64,000 nt of DNA from Candidatus Dadabacteria bacterium (GCA_963805855.1 CAWDVW010000005.1:800001-864000), one strand, 5' to 3'. Counted from the stretch's first letter, positions 39,313-50,489 are shown. Numbers and translations are program-made. Notes: a model not told the origin generated them from the sequence alone.

Positions 39313-41685
39313 CTACAACAAATCGCCATTATTGAAAGTCCTAACCCTAAGATCTATGCCATCTGTACGTATGGCAACCATCCCTTCCTTTCCAGTTTCA
39401 ATCAATTTCGATTTCGTATGATGGTTAAAATCTGAAGCGCCTCTTTCATACAACGTTTTAATACCTTCAAATGCACCATTAACTACTACAATCTCGGGCG
39501 ACAAAGTATTCAAAAAATCATTAGTTACCGGGAAACCGCCTTTAAATGCAGGTACATAAACCACCTTAGATTGAATCCGACTATGATAGGTATCTATCAA
39601 TTCCCTTTGCACAGACGGGTCTCCTAAGGACTCTCCCAACAGGAAATTCATTTGTCCAAACCTCAAGTTTAGTATGAGTGGATAGGGTCTGGAAGAATCT
39701 GTTATTTTATAATAACCCCTGGGCTTATAAAACTCGATCCTAACGCCCTCTACTTCAAAATTTTCTACTTCATCCATTATATTCTTCCAGCCTATATTTT
39801 TGCTTCTGACTAAATTCCAGAGCTCCCCGTCCAATTTCGCTCCATTTGTCCAGAGTCTTTTAACATTAAATCTCCGCAGCAGGTATTTGACACCCTCTAA
39901 ATGATCCTTGTCCAATGCACTTAAAATCAGATAATCGATCGTCTTAATGTCGGTATTTAGAAGAAATGGGGAAATTACGCTCCTTTCCATATAGCCGCCC
40001 ATATCGAAGAGCGAATAACCTCCATCGACGAGAATTGTCTTCTTTTGAGGAAGCTTAACAAAGGCTACATTCCTATTTGAAATGTCTAACAAATCTAATT
40101 CCAGATGCCCACTGTTAGACCCACTCACTGGGCTAATTGTCATCTCCATAATCAGCCCCAGAACAAAAAATGGCAAAATATATTTGAGATTTGGGAAAGC
40201 CATCTTAAAGCAAATAACCAGAATTATCAATATATAGAGAACCCAACCCGTAATTCCTAACGGTGTAACCGTTAGAGAAGAAAAGGGTATCTCAACGAGC
40301 TTTTCTATTCCAAAGATAAGAATTCTAATCAGATAAACATTTAGGCTGAGAAATGGCAGTGCTAAATACTGATTTACAGAGAACACCGAAAATGAAATCA
40401 ACCCTAGGGGAACTATTAAGAACTCAACCAGGGGAACAAATATTAAATTGGCGGGCAGTGATATCAACGATAATATACCAAAGGAATTCACGATTAATGG
40501 TGTAGTCGCAAAAGAGGCCCCCATCGTGATCTTAGCACTTGAGATTATCTTTTCGGAGAAGCTGCCGAATTTTAATGGATAAAACTTATTGATAAATATA
40601 ATTCCCAGAACTGCGGAAAAAGAGAGTTGGAATGAAAGTTCAAAAAACGCCCATGGCTGCCACAGCAGAATTATAAACGCAGAAACACCTAGCGTATTTA
40701 ATTTATTTTCCTCTTTACCAAGCACCACCGACATAAGATACACCGCGATCATTAAAAATGCCCTTAGTACGGGGGTAGCAAATCCCGCTACTGCCATGTA
40801 GATGAATAAAGGTATCATGGTTAGTCCAGCAGTAACCCTTGGGACCTGCAATCTAATTAAAAGATACTCCGACCTCTTCAGAATCCATTTTATCGCCAAA
40901 TAGAAAACAAGCGCTATACCCCCTACATGGAGTCCGGATATAGCGAGAAGATGTGCTATACCAGCTTCTGAGAAAAGGTCTTTCAGCCGGTTTGGCATCC
41001 CCCCCTTATCGCCAACTGTAATTGCCTTCAGTATCTCCCCCTCAAATTGAGGAAACCTGTGTTTTACAAAATACCCAAACCTGGTTCTGCACATATCTAT
41101 TAACCTAAGAAAGTAAAAGGGCGTGGGTTTTGGCTCGAATAAAATTATCGAATCCATTCCGGATACGAATCCATAGACATATATCTTCTGTCTTCCATAA
41201 TAGCGTTTGATATCAAAATTTCCGGGATTCTTAAATGCTCTATATGGCTTTAAAACAGTATCTATAACCCTTACATAATCCCCTCGAGATAAACCCTGGA
41301 TTGACTGCTTAGTATTGATGATCGCCCTTCCTGTCGCCGACTTTTTCCTACCGCTTACTATTAGCTCATCAACAGCAACAAACAACCTTGAACCCTCTTT
41401 TCTACTCTGTGGGGATCTATACAACGTTCCCGAAAGGTCAATTTCCTTTCCAACAAAGTTTGCAATGTGATTTTCGGGTAGGGTGAGACTTATCGAAAAT
41501 AGAACTCCGAGGGGCAAAAATAAAAGAAACCTAAGATCCGCCCAAAATAATGACAGCAACCCGAGTATTGGTGAGATAATAAGGACAAAAATCCACTCGT
41601 AGCCCAAATTTTCCGCTATAAATATCCCTGCTATATAACCGATTAGTGGGGGGAGTATAGGATACTTTAAGAAAACCGAGTTCAT
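39313..41685 (-). CDS. comEC: ComEC/Rec2 competence protein
   Basis: HLLAISGLH, SFQLSF, C-terminal MBL-like domain. Confidence 0.92.
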   Translation of the reverse strand: MNSVFLKYPILPPLIGYIAGIFIAENLGYEWIFVLIISPILGLLSLFWADLRFLLFLPLGVLFSISLTLPENHIANFVGKEIDLSGTLYRSPQSRKEGSRLFVAVDELIVSGRKKSATGRAIINTKQSIQGLSRGDYVRVIDTVLKPYRAFKNPGNFDIKRYYGRQKIYVYGFVSGMDSIILFEPKPTPFYFLRLIDMCRTRFGYFVKHRFPQFEGEILKAITVGDKGGMPNRLKDLFSEAGIAHLLAISGLHVGGIALVFYLAIKWILKRSEYLLIRLQVPRVTAGLTMIPLFIYMAVAGFATPVLRAFLMIAVYLMSVVLGKEENKLNTLGVSAFIILLWQPWAFFELSFQLSFSAVLGIIFINKFYPLKFGSFSEKIISSAKITMGASFATTPLIVNSFGILSLISLPANLIFVPLVEFLIVPLGLISFSVFSVNQYLALPFLSLNVYLIRILIFGIEKLVEIPFSSLTVTPLGITGWVLYILIILVICFKMAFPNLKYILPFFVLGLIMEMTISPVSGSNSGHLELDLLDISNRNVAFVKLPQKKTILVDGGYSLFDMGGYMERSVISPFLLNTDIKTIDYLILSALDKDHLEGVKYLLRRFNVKRLWTNGAKLDGELWNLVRSKNIGWKNIMDEVENFEVEGVRIEFYKPRGYYKITDSSRPYPLILNLRFGQMNFLLGESLGDPSVQRELIDTYHSRIQSKVVYVPAFKGGFPVTNDFLNTLSPEIVVVNGAFEGIKTLYERGASDFNHHTKSKLIETGKEGMVAIRTDGIDLRVRTFNNGDLL

Positions 41686-41692
41686 TTGAACA

Positions 41693-42181
41693 TCAAATTT
41701 TCTTAATCAGAACAACCGCATGGGCAGCAATGCCTTCAACCCTTCCCGTAAAACCGATGCCATCTGTGGTTGTTGCCTTTACTCCCATACAATCTTCTGA
41801 TATTTCAAGAATCGACGATAGGTTTCCTCTGATTTGTGAAACGTACTTACCGATCTTAGGCTTTTCACAAACAACTACACAATCCACATTTTCAATAAGG
41901 AAACCCTTTGATTTGGATAATACAACAGTTTCCCTTAACAGAATTGAACTCGAAATGTTCCTGTATCTTGGGTCATTATCAGGAAATTTACTACCAATAT
42001 CGGGCTCTCCAAGTGCACCAAGTATGGCATCACATATCGAATGAGTAAGAACATCGGCGTCTGAGTATCCTTGAAGTCCCAGTTCAAACGGTATCTCGAC
42101 TCCTCCGAGAATAAGTTTCCTTCCCTTGGAAAATTTATGAACGTCATAACCAATACCTACACGAATCATCGAATACCTCAC
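41693..42181 (-). CDS. ispF: 2-C-methyl-D-erythritol 2,4-cyclodiphosphate synthase
   Basis: GYDVH, SDADV, DIG..FPD, KATT. Confidence 0.93.
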   Translation of the reverse strand: MRYSMIRVGIGYDVHKFSKGRKLILGGVEIPFELGLQGYSDADVLTHSICDAILGALGEPDIGSKFPDNDPRYRNISSSILLRETVVLSKSKGFLIENVDCVVVCEKPKIGKYVSQIRGNLSSILEISEDCMGVKATTTDGIGFTGRVEGIAAHAVVLIKKI

Positions 42182-42432
42182 TAGTTAACATGACTAAAGT
42201 ATACTGCCAAAGTCCGCGACTTTTCCAATTAATGTCATATAATCAGTCGTCATCACTCGAACCGGCTCCTTCCCTACCCTACTCCACCATACAATCGAAC
42301 GTTTTTAATTTCTTGGTTAAATATGACCGGTTTCTGAAACGAACAAATCGCTCGATCCAAGGTGATCGAGAATTTGTCTAGATGCTGGCGATCATTTTGG
42401 GAAATTAGGAAAGTGAAATGGTTGTAATTAGT

Positions 42433-43440
42433 TCAGGCTTTTAATCTAGAGACCATACCTCGTTCAATAACCTTGGAGAATATCATACGTCCTGTAGGGG
42501 TCTGAAGGACACTGGTAACAGAAACCTCTATATCTTTACCTACGTATCTTTTACCATCGTCAACGACAACCATAGTTCCATCTTCAAGATAACCTATACC
42601 TTGATTTTCCTCCTTTCCTTCCTTGACAACACTTATCCTCAGAGCCTCTCCAGGCAGTACCACTGGCTTGAGGGCACTGGATAACTGATTGAGGTTAAGC
42701 ACCTTTACCCCATGAAGTCCCGCAACCTTATTCAGATTATAATCATTAGTGACTATTACCCCTTTTAACCTCTTTGCGAGTTCAACGAGTTTTAAATCAG
42801 CTTCATTAATTTTCGGAAAATCGTGGCTTGTTATCTTTATGACAACGTTTGGAATCTCTTGCTGCATCCTTTTAAGAACATCGAGTCCTCGCCTGCCTCT
42901 GACGCGTTTTATAGGATCAGTGGAATCAGCTATATACTGGAGTTCTTTTATTATGAATTTTGGCACTATCAGAACCCCATCGATAAACCCGGCTTCAGCC
43001 ACATCTGCGATTCTTCCATCGATGATAGCACTAGTGTCTAGAATCTTTGTGCTCGATGGTCCGCTCTTCGCAGTAGTCCTTCTTCCCTGTCGATCAGCTT
43101 CATAGCCTTTTTTTATCCCCTGAGATATGCCTAGGTAAAAAAGCAATATAAAAATGAACACATATATGTACTTAGATATATCCGTTGAAACGTTCAATGC
43201 GTGTATAACCTCTACGATCGCAAAGAAGGTAAGCGAGGCTGTTACGATACCTATTGCTAATCCTAAAGTTGAATTTGTTGGGAAATTTTTAATAACTAGC
43301 TCTATTCCGATCATTACAGCAAGGGTAATGGCACCTATAACAGCGGTGATCATCAAGGAAGTCGTAAGGCTATAGGCTGGATAACTAACCCAAAATCCCG
43401 TTACGATGGACAATAAAAAGAAGAGAAGTTTTAGTTTCAT
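42433..43440 (-). CDS. Membrane PIN/TRAM domain protein (YacL family)
   Basis: LDTSAIIDGR, RGRRGLD, TNDYNL, GYLEDGTMVVV. Confidence 0.92.
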   Translation of the reverse strand: MKLKLLFFLLSIVTGFWVSYPAYSLTTSLMITAVIGAITLAVMIGIELVIKNFPTNSTLGLAIGIVTASLTFFAIVEVIHALNVSTDISKYIYVFIFILLFYLGISQGIKKGYEADRQGRRTTAKSGPSSTKILDTSAIIDGRIADVAEAGFIDGVLIVPKFIIKELQYIADSTDPIKRVRGRRGLDVLKRMQQEIPNVVIKITSHDFPKINEADLKLVELAKRLKGVIVTNDYNLNKVAGLHGVKVLNLNQLSSALKPVVLPGEALRISVVKEGKEENQGIGYLEDGTMVVVDDGKRYVGKDIEVSVTSVLQTPTGRMIFSKVIERGMVSRLKA

Positions 43441-43646
43441 ATCTTCCTCGCCCCGTTCCCTGATCCCTTAACGTTAATGGAATTAAAATGGTAATTATAA
43501 ATCCGAAAAGGTGTTTTAACAAGAAGCAAGCTCGATTTTTATTTTCATAGTAGATACTGACAGAAATCCACACCTGTAAATAATATGGATTATGCCACCC
43601 CGTCTATCAAGACGGGGCAGCTTGTAGTTTAGAGTTAAATTATGCT

Positions 43647-44105
43647 TTAGTTAACTTCCACTTTAACTGGCTTGGCTGCCGCTTCTTCTCTCTTCGGAAT
43701 CTTGATCTCCAGTACACCATCGTTATAACTGGCCTTGATCTTCCCCGCCTCAACATTATCCGAGAGGCTAAAGCTTCTTACAAACTTTCCATATTTTCGC
43801 TCTACTCTCACATAATTATCCTTATCAGACTTCTCTTCAAATTTCTTTTCACCCCTTACTGTCAGTATGTTATCTTTGTAATCGATGTCAATGTCCTCTT
43901 TCTTTATACCTGGAAGGTCGGCACTTACCATATAATTATCTTTAGTCTCATATATATCTACCCTTGGTGCCCAGCTACCGGCGCCGAGATCTTCAACCCC
44001 AAATGTAGAAAGAGTCCTGGCTGTATCGTCAAATATTTTGTGAAAAGTTTCACTAAATAAATTTAGACCCTTATAGGGTTCCCAAACGGATAATCCTAAT
44101 CTCAT
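43647..44105 (-). CDS. Hsp20 small heat shock protein
   Basis: PRVDIYE, DLPG, ER.YG.F.RSF, A.Y.DGVL. Confidence 0.93.
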   Translation of the reverse strand: MRLGLSVWEPYKGLNLFSETFHKIFDDTARTLSTFGVEDLGAGSWAPRVDIYETKDNYMVSADLPGIKKEDIDIDYKDNILTVRGEKKFEEKSDKDNYVRVERKYGKFVRSFSLSDNVEAGKIKASYNDGVLEIKIPKREEAAAKPVKVEVN

Positions 44106-44399
44106 GCTAACTACCTCCTAAATTGGTTTTTTTGTTATGGGTAGAAATTAATCACGGTCTAGTGGAAGTCAAGGACAATTTTTAATGGATCCGAATAAAT
44201 CACTGGTGGCAGTTTTGTAATACATTAAGCAGATTACATCAAGTTTTCACTTGAATAAAAAATATTCTTACACGGCACTGAAACAACTTAGAATTCTCCA
44301 GCGCTCGATAGCCGGGGTTTTCCAACCCCGGTTTTAGGAAAGATTTAGAATGCGGGACAATAATGTCCCGTCTATCCTTTGTTCGGTTTAAGACGGACT

Positions 44400-44490
44400 T
44401 CATACAGAGAATTAAGTGGTCTATTGAGTCATAATAAGACATAACATCCGTTTTGCAGAAAAATTCGTGGTTGGGATATGGTGTTATCAC
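44400..44490 (-). pseudogene. Reverse transcriptase fragment
   Basis: FFCKTDVMSYYDSIDHLIL matches RT motif 3 (D-h-x-x-Y/F-Y/F-x-S-I-D-H). Confidence 0.55.
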
Positions 44491-44595
44491 TTCCCTTACC
44501 GCAACTACTCTGAAAAAACTTAGTATCTATCTTCAACAAGGAAGAAATATGTTGTAAGATAAAACACACCAATAATTAGTCAAAAGGGGGTACTA

Positions 44596-45228
44596 ATGTA
44601 CAAGCTCATGTTAATTCTCGTTGTTTTGACAATCGGTTTTTTCTATGCCGGGTGTAAGACTCAGGAAAGTCCAACTGAGGGCGGTGAAGATACCGAAATT
44701 AACGAGGAGAAATCAGAGGGCGTGGTTCCTGAAATTGAACAGACGATTGAGAAGATGCACGAAGAGCAGGAAAAGAAAGAACAATCAAAGGCTCCCGAAG
44801 AGATAGCCGCTGATCTCTGGAATCTTATGAAGACGGAGAATTACAGAGATCGCTGGCAAATGTGGCCACGGAAGGAACCTCTATACAAAGGGTCAGACCC
44901 GCACGGTGCCCTACTTACCACATATATAAATTCCATCGGTTATGAAGCGGTTGTCAAAAGGGAAAAAGAGCTGCCAGCTGGAACAATTATTGCAATGGAA
45001 AATTACATGGAGGATAAAACGCTTGAAGCCATTGCTGTTATGTATAACCTGGTGCCGTTTGACCCTGAATACGGAAACTGGTTCTGGGTAAAATTTGCGC
45101 CGGATGGTAAGCCAATGAAAGTGGAAAGGGATGGAGAGACGATAACTCTAGCCGGTAAAGTTACCGAATGCATAGAATGCCACTCCGCATCATCGTCTGG
45201 TACTCAATATATCATGACTAACCCTTAA
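44596..45228 (+). CDS. Cytochrome P460 / c'-beta family lipoprotein
   Basis: Lipobox AGC; P.GTII..E; GNWFW; C-terminal CIECH. Confidence 0.8.
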   Translation: MYKLMLILVVLTIGFFYAGCKTQESPTEGGEDTEINEEKSEGVVPEIEQTIEKMHEEQEKKEQSKAPEEIAADLWNLMKTENYRDRWQMWPRKEPLYKGSDPHGALLTTYINSIGYEAVVKREKELPAGTIIAMENYMEDKTLEAIAVMYNLVPFDPEYGNWFWVKFAPDGKPMKVERDGETITLAGKVTECIECHSASSSGTQYIMTNP

Positions 45229-45283
45229 TTATCAACGTTGTGATCAATTGTGGCTTTGTATCACGAAGACCATCGGTCTGGGG

Positions 45284-46207
45284 CTACAGAGTTGGTATTA
45301 TGCTGCTTCTCGACCTTATTACAAAATAATTGGAAAGTAGTATAAGCGCACCTCCCAAGATAATATCTAGGCCAATGGGTTGATCGAAGAATAAAGCTGC
45401 GAGTATAGAAGCACTAATAGGCTCCAGTAATAAAAGTATCCCTGCAACAGAGGCTTCTATCTTTTTGAAGCCTCTGTAAAATAATAAATGTGGTATTACC
45501 CCACCAATCGCGGCATATATCACGAGATAGAGCAGAAATACTATTGGCAAATTAACACTTATCCCTGTTATAACGGCGTATGGGAAAAAATAATAAAAGA
45601 TCGGCCAGAGTAACATAAGCCAAATTACGGAGAAGCCGGTCCAGCCAATCGTGGTTGTTACAAAATGCTGTTTTTGAAGTACACTTTTTCTTCCCCATAT
45701 TACCCACAGTGACAATAGAACACCTGAGACCAAGGAAACAACAATCCCAGTTAAAGATTTGGCATTTTTTATTCCCCAGGGTCTAACGAGCAAAATAATT
45801 CCGGACATCGCTATTACAACTGCTATCAATTTCTTAGTTGTTATCCCTTCCCTAAGCAATAATCTTCCGAATATAATGGTCCATATGGGCTGCGTGTAAA
45901 GGAGAAGTGCAACGACAGCAACATGCACACCTAATGCTATACCCCCGAACATCGCTAATTCTAAGAGCCCTCCAATTAATCCGTACACAACGAAGAAGAA
46001 GAGCATTTCTTTTTTGATCAGATATTCACGTTTTATCAGAACGACAGGAAGAAGCATTAAACTCGTTAACAATGCGCGGTAAATAGAAATTTCAAAGAGC
46101 GATAGACCCAGATTAACAAAAAATTGTCCTCCCGCGGTAATCGTACCGTACAGAACTGCAGCTACAATCACGTACCAGTAATGATTATCTGTAGACAATA
46201 AATTCAC
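45284..46207 (-). CDS. EamA/DMT transporter
   Basis: About 10 TM segments; LLYTQP, LLEPI. Confidence 0.88.
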   Translation of the reverse strand: MNLLSTDNHYWYVIVAAVLYGTITAGGQFFVNLGLSLFEISIYRALLTSLMLLPVVLIKREYLIKKEMLFFFVVYGLIGGLLELAMFGGIALGVHVAVVALLLYTQPIWTIIFGRLLLREGITTKKLIAVVIAMSGIILLVRPWGIKNAKSLTGIVVSLVSGVLLSLWVIWGRKSVLQKQHFVTTTIGWTGFSVIWLMLLWPIFYYFFPYAVITGISVNLPIVFLLYLVIYAAIGGVIPHLLFYRGFKKIEASVAGILLLLEPISASILAALFFDQPIGLDIILGGALILLSNYFVIRSRSSIIPTL

Positions 46208-46336
46208 TAACCCTTTTTCTTAATTTCCGAAGAATAACTTATTCCAAATTGCGGAAGTGATGAGGTGGTATTATAATTGAGAAAATCCTGATTGTTTACA
46301 TATTATATTTTAACGATCATTAAAGGATAGCTGATC

Positions 46337-47041
46337 ATGAACGGCTTAAAGACTGTCGGTAACTTCATTAGACACTGGGTATTTGGTCACAGGGCACCTC
46401 AATTGTTCTTAAACGGCTTGAGATCGGAAATTAGGACACGTCTCAACAAAAATCCGTCGCCCATGATTAGAGAGATTAGAGAAGAGGCCCGCAAAATTCA
46501 GTTATGTGATAAAAAACTCATAGAGGACGCGCCCTCCAGATGTCATCTTGAATTGACTTCACACATAGTCGCGGCATACAGGGTTTTGTTGCCGGAGGTC
46601 GGTATTGAAAAAGCGACGATACAGTTACTCGAACATGCCATGATGGAAGGTGTTAATACGATGTCGATGCGTTTTTCACTAAAATCAATGTTAACCAGCA
46701 GTCAAAATAACGCTGACCGTCTTTATAACATCTTCACATGGCTGATGAAACAGTATGGAACAACGTTTAAATGGACAGCCCCACACAAGCACAGAAAGGA
46801 AGGAAGTAGCTTTTCAAGTGAGATTCAAAGTTGCTTTTATCATAGCTTTTTTACCGTGCATAATGCTCCATTTCTTACTCCTGTCCTTTGTAAGATTGAC
46901 TCGATTTGGTTCAATATGATTGATCCCCAAAAGCACGGGTTTAGTTTTGATAAATCGCGATACAGAACCCAGGGTTACGGAGCTCCAACGTGCATATTTC
47001 CGATTGTTGAGGCGGTAAAAAAGAAACAGAAGAAGGATTAA
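46337..47041 (+). CDS. L-2-amino-thiazoline-4-carboxylic acid hydrolase-like protein
   Basis: C.Y...F, LC.ID, T...GA..C.F motifs. Confidence 0.7.
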   Translation: MNGLKTVGNFIRHWVFGHRAPQLFLNGLRSEIRTRLNKNPSPMIREIREEARKIQLCDKKLIEDAPSRCHLELTSHIVAAYRVLLPEVGIEKATIQLLEHAMMEGVNTMSMRFSLKSMLTSSQNNADRLYNIFTWLMKQYGTTFKWTAPHKHRKEGSSFSSEIQSCFYHSFFTVHNAPFLTPVLCKIDSIWFNMIDPQKHGFSFDKSRYRTQGYGAPTCIFPIVEAVKKKQKKD

Positions 47042-47087
47042 AACATTGGAATCTGAGTCGTTTAATGTCTTATACGTTTAAGCCACG

Positions 47088-47723
47088 ATGAAAAATTCAA
47101 CAAAACTTCTCAAGAAAGCAGAAAAAGAATGGAAAAGGATGATCTCGCATCCCTTCCTGATACAGGTTGGAAACGGAACAATCGAGAGAGAAATCTTTGA
47201 CTTCTGGGTGACCCAGGATTACATTTTTGTTCGAGAGGCAATTAGGTTTCTTGGAGCGCTTCAACTAAAGTCACCTGATTATGAGATATCTCTTGTGCTC
47301 GCCGATTCATTCGTGGCTTTAAAGAATGAGCTCGAAATGTTTGAAGGATATAAAAGCGGGCTTTCGCCGCGTGTTGAACCGACCAATATTTGTAGATCGT
47401 ATATAGACTTCCTAATCAGTACAGCACTCACAAAAGGTTTTGAAGAATCCTTTGCCGCCCTCTGGTGCGCAGAGAAGGCGTATTTCGATTCATGGAGCAG
47501 TGCAAAAAGATTGTCAAAAAAGAATAATCCCTATAAAGCTTTTATCGACCGGTGGACCAGCGATGAATTTAAAAAATACGTTAGCTGGATCGAGAAGACG
47601 CTTAATCGACTTTTAAAAGGTATCTCGAAACGGAAGTTAAGATCTGTGGAGAAAACATTTCTAATTACTGCAAATTATGAGTACCAATTTTGGGATATGG
47701 CATATTCAGAAAATAGAGAATGA
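47088..47723 (+). CDS. tenA: TenA family protein
   Basis: HPF, QDYIF, W.S.EF, E..FWDMA. Confidence 0.85.
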   Translation: MKNSTKLLKKAEKEWKRMISHPFLIQVGNGTIEREIFDFWVTQDYIFVREAIRFLGALQLKSPDYEISLVLADSFVALKNELEMFEGYKSGLSPRVEPTNICRSYIDFLISTALTKGFEESFAALWCAEKAYFDSWSSAKRLSKKNNPYKAFIDRWTSDEFKKYVSWIEKTLNRLLKGISKRKLRSVEKTFLITANYEYQFWDMAYSENRE

Positions 47724-48403
47724 CCTACGTTACTTCAGTAAATTTGGTACTTGTTATGAGCATGAGCGCCCAAGCACGTAAAATAAGCAAAAAAGAATTA
47801 GGGTTCATTCACCATTTCATACCTTCTTCAAGAAAGATAAATGACGTGATTTTACTATTACATGGAACTGGTGGAGACGAAAACTATTTGCTTAATATTG
47901 GCAGAAGAATTTCTCCTGGGGCCGCCATTCTCAGCCCAAGAGGAAATGTTTTTGAAAACGGGTCGAATAGATTCTGTTTGAGATCGCCCAATGGCGTTTT
48001 CAATATTGATGACTTAAAACTAAGAACAGAGGAGTTAGCTGATTTTATAATAAAAGCCTCTGAGCGCTATAAATTTGATTTGAACAGGCTTTCAGTTATT
48101 GGTTATTCAAACGGAGCGAGCATTGCTGCTAGCGTTATTCTGACGCACCCCGTCATTATCAAAAGAGCCGTTCTATTTCATCCGGGATTACCATTCATAC
48201 CGCGAACACCGCTGGATTTAGTAAACAATAGGGTGTTGATTACATGTGGTAGGCATGACACTATCGTTAAGGCGGGTGAATCTGTAGAGTTAGCCAAACT
48301 CTTGAAACAATGTGGAGCCAACGTTGAAATATATAGGCATGGTAGAGATCACGAGCTTGTGAAGAATGAGATAATGACCGCAAAGAGATTTTTGGAATCC
48401 TAG
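47720..48403 (+). CDS. Alpha/beta hydrolase (carboxylesterase)
   Basis: LLHGTGG, SPRG, GYSNGA, D and H of triad. Confidence 0.88.
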   Translation: MTYVTSVNLVLVMSMSAQARKISKKELGFIHHFIPSSRKINDVILLLHGTGGDENYLLNIGRRISPGAAILSPRGNVFENGSNRFCLRSPNGVFNIDDLKLRTEELADFIIKASERYKFDLNRLSVIGYSNGASIAASVILTHPVIIKRAVLFHPGLPFIPRTPLDLVNNRVLITCGRHDTIVKAGESVELAKLLKQCGANVEIYRHGRDHELVKNEIMTAKRFLES

Positions 48404-48447
48404 GTCCATTTAGTATATTATTAAGACTTATCACTAACTGATATACA

Positions 48448-48765
48448 ATGTCTTCAGAAAGAAGTCCGAAATTCTCTATTGGTCAAACAGTACACCATAA
48501 GATGTTTGATTACCGTGGTGTGATTATAGACGTAGACGAAGTTTTTAAGGGATCGGAAGAATGGTATGCGATAGTGGCACGTTCCCGTCCCCCGAAAAAC
48601 AAGCCTTGGTATCACGTATTGGTGCATGATTCCTCGGACCGAACCTACGTCGCAGAGCGAAATCTAGAGCCTGATGAATCAGACGAACCAATTAACCATC
48701 CCGAGATATATGACTTCTTTTCTGATCTCGTTGAGGGCTTATATCTCCCTAAAAGCATTAATTAG
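48448..48765 (+). CDS. hspQ: Heat shock protein HspQ (YccV-like)
   Basis: KF.IGQ.V.H..F.YRGVI.DVD, PWYHVL, YVAE.NL. Confidence 0.9.
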   Translation: MSSERSPKFSIGQTVHHKMFDYRGVIIDVDEVFKGSEEWYAIVARSRPPKNKPWYHVLVHDSSDRTYVAERNLEPDESDEPINHPEIYDFFSDLVEGLYLPKSIN

Positions 48766-48845
48766 TGACGCAAATCCTGATCTATTTGTGAACAAATATT
48801 ATCTCAATATCGATAATTGAAAGCGAGTAAAAAGGAGTTGAGAAC

Positions 48846-49247
48846 ATGACAAAAAAGATTATAAAATCAGATGAGGAGTGGAAGAGCATGCTCACACCGG
48901 AGCAGTACCATATCACTAGGGAAAGAGGAACGGAAAGACCATTCTCAGGTGAATATAACGACTCAAAAGAAAAGGGTATCTACAGGTGTGTATGCTGCGG
49001 TGCTGAACTTTTCAGCTCTGAGACCAAATTTGAATCGGGAACAGGGTGGCCCAGTTTTTGGGCTCCCGTTAATGAGGAAAACATTAAAGAGGAAACAGAT
49101 AATAGCTTGGGAATGCAAAGAATAGGACTAATGTGCAATATGTGCGATGCCCATTTAGGGCATGTCTTCCCGGATGGACCCAAACCAACAAATCTGCGTT
49201 ACTGTATCAATTCAGCCGCGCTGGAGCTTGAAAAAGAAGAATCGTAA
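48846..49247 (+). CDS. msrB: Methionine-R-sulfoxide reductase
   Basis: GTERPF, GWPSF, HLGHVF.DGP, RYCINS. Confidence 0.96.
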   Translation: MTKKIIKSDEEWKSMLTPEQYHITRERGTERPFSGEYNDSKEKGIYRCVCCGAELFSSETKFESGTGWPSFWAPVNEENIKEETDNSLGMQRIGLMCNMCDAHLGHVFPDGPKPTNLRYCINSAALELEKEES

Positions 49248-49266
49248 TCCCCTTAAAAGCGGTCTT

Positions 49267-50133
49267 TTAAATTGAACTCCCACCAACCATTGCCTCAAGT
49301 CTTGCTATCCTATCTTCGATAGGTGGGTGCGTACTAAACAGTGACGCAAAACCGCCGCCGAAAAGTGGACTAACGATGAGCATATGAGCAGTGGATTCAG
49401 CTACTTGTTCGTTGACTTGCATAGGTATTCTGCCTGAAACCTGGCCTAGTTTTCTCAGTGCATTTGCTAGATATAAAGGATTACCACAGATCTGTGCACC
49501 GCCTTTGTCGGCTCCATATTCTCTGGTCCGTGATATTGCCATACGTATAATCATCGCCGCTAGAGGAGCAACTATCATCATGATTAGAAGCGTAAATATA
49601 TTTCCTCTACCCCTCTGGTTACCGCCAACTCCTCCGAATATAGCCGCCCACTGCGCCATATAGGCAAGATAGCTGATTGCACCCGCAATTGTCGCAGCAA
49701 TTGTACCAATTAAAATATCCCGATTCTTTACATGGGTTAACTCGTGTGCCAGAACACCCTTTAGTTCTTCGCGGCTGAGTAGTTTCAAGATACCGTTTGT
49801 TACAGCTACGGCCGAATGCTCAGGATTCCTACCTGTTGCAAATGCATTAGGCGCTTCTTGTGGCGTGATGTAAACTTTGGGCATGGGAAGCCCGGCGTTT
49901 TGTGCCAGTTCCTGCACCGTACTATACAGTTCTGGTGCTTCATCATGGGTAACCTCTTTTGCACCATACATTGACAGTACAATCTTGTCACTCCACCAAT
50001 AACTGATGAAGTTCATAACTCCAGCAATCATTAATGCGATTAGAGCCCCGTTTTTACCCCCTATTGCACCGCCTGCCCATATTAGTATGGCGGAAAGTAC
50101 CGCCAAGAGCATAACGCTTTTTAATGTATTCAT
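49267..50133 (-). CDS. htpX: Zinc metalloprotease HtpX
   Basis: PNAFATG, HELTH, SRTRE..AD, STHPP. Confidence 0.95.
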   Translation of the reverse strand: MNTLKSVMLLAVLSAILIWAGGAIGGKNGALIALMIAGVMNFISYWWSDKIVLSMYGAKEVTHDEAPELYSTVQELAQNAGLPMPKVYITPQEAPNAFATGRNPEHSAVAVTNGILKLLSREELKGVLAHELTHVKNRDILIGTIAATIAGAISYLAYMAQWAAIFGGVGGNQRGRGNIFTLLIMMIVAPLAAMIIRMAISRTREYGADKGGAQICGNPLYLANALRKLGQVSGRIPMQVNEQVAESTAHMLIVSPLFGGGFASLFSTHPPIEDRIARLEAMVGGSSI

Positions 50134-50489
50134 AAACTATCTCCTCAAAATCTAAAGGAACTTAAAATCAAACACATTAAAAAAGATTAATCACTTTGTA
50201 TTTGTTTTCAAGCGTTCACCAAGATAATTCTAATGATTTCAATGAAATAGAATTTAGCTATTTTAAAGCCTTGGGGTTTCCTAATCACTTTGGATTGATC
50301 TCTGACAAGGTCGGGATTATAACAAGGACTCGCTGGATTAAAACCTATGGTTCTCTGGCGCAAATTATATCGATTATTGAACGTGCAACATTACAGCGAT
50401 GCTTCTGACCCCTATGTCTGAAAGTTAATGAACACCTTATGAACGTATAAAAATTTAGATTCTTTATTTGATCCCGGGGTCTTAATTAT

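Noticed and set aside
44239-44490. Active DGR, retron or group II intron
   Set aside because: Only a short RT fragment; no YxDD motif, template repeat or intron structure seen
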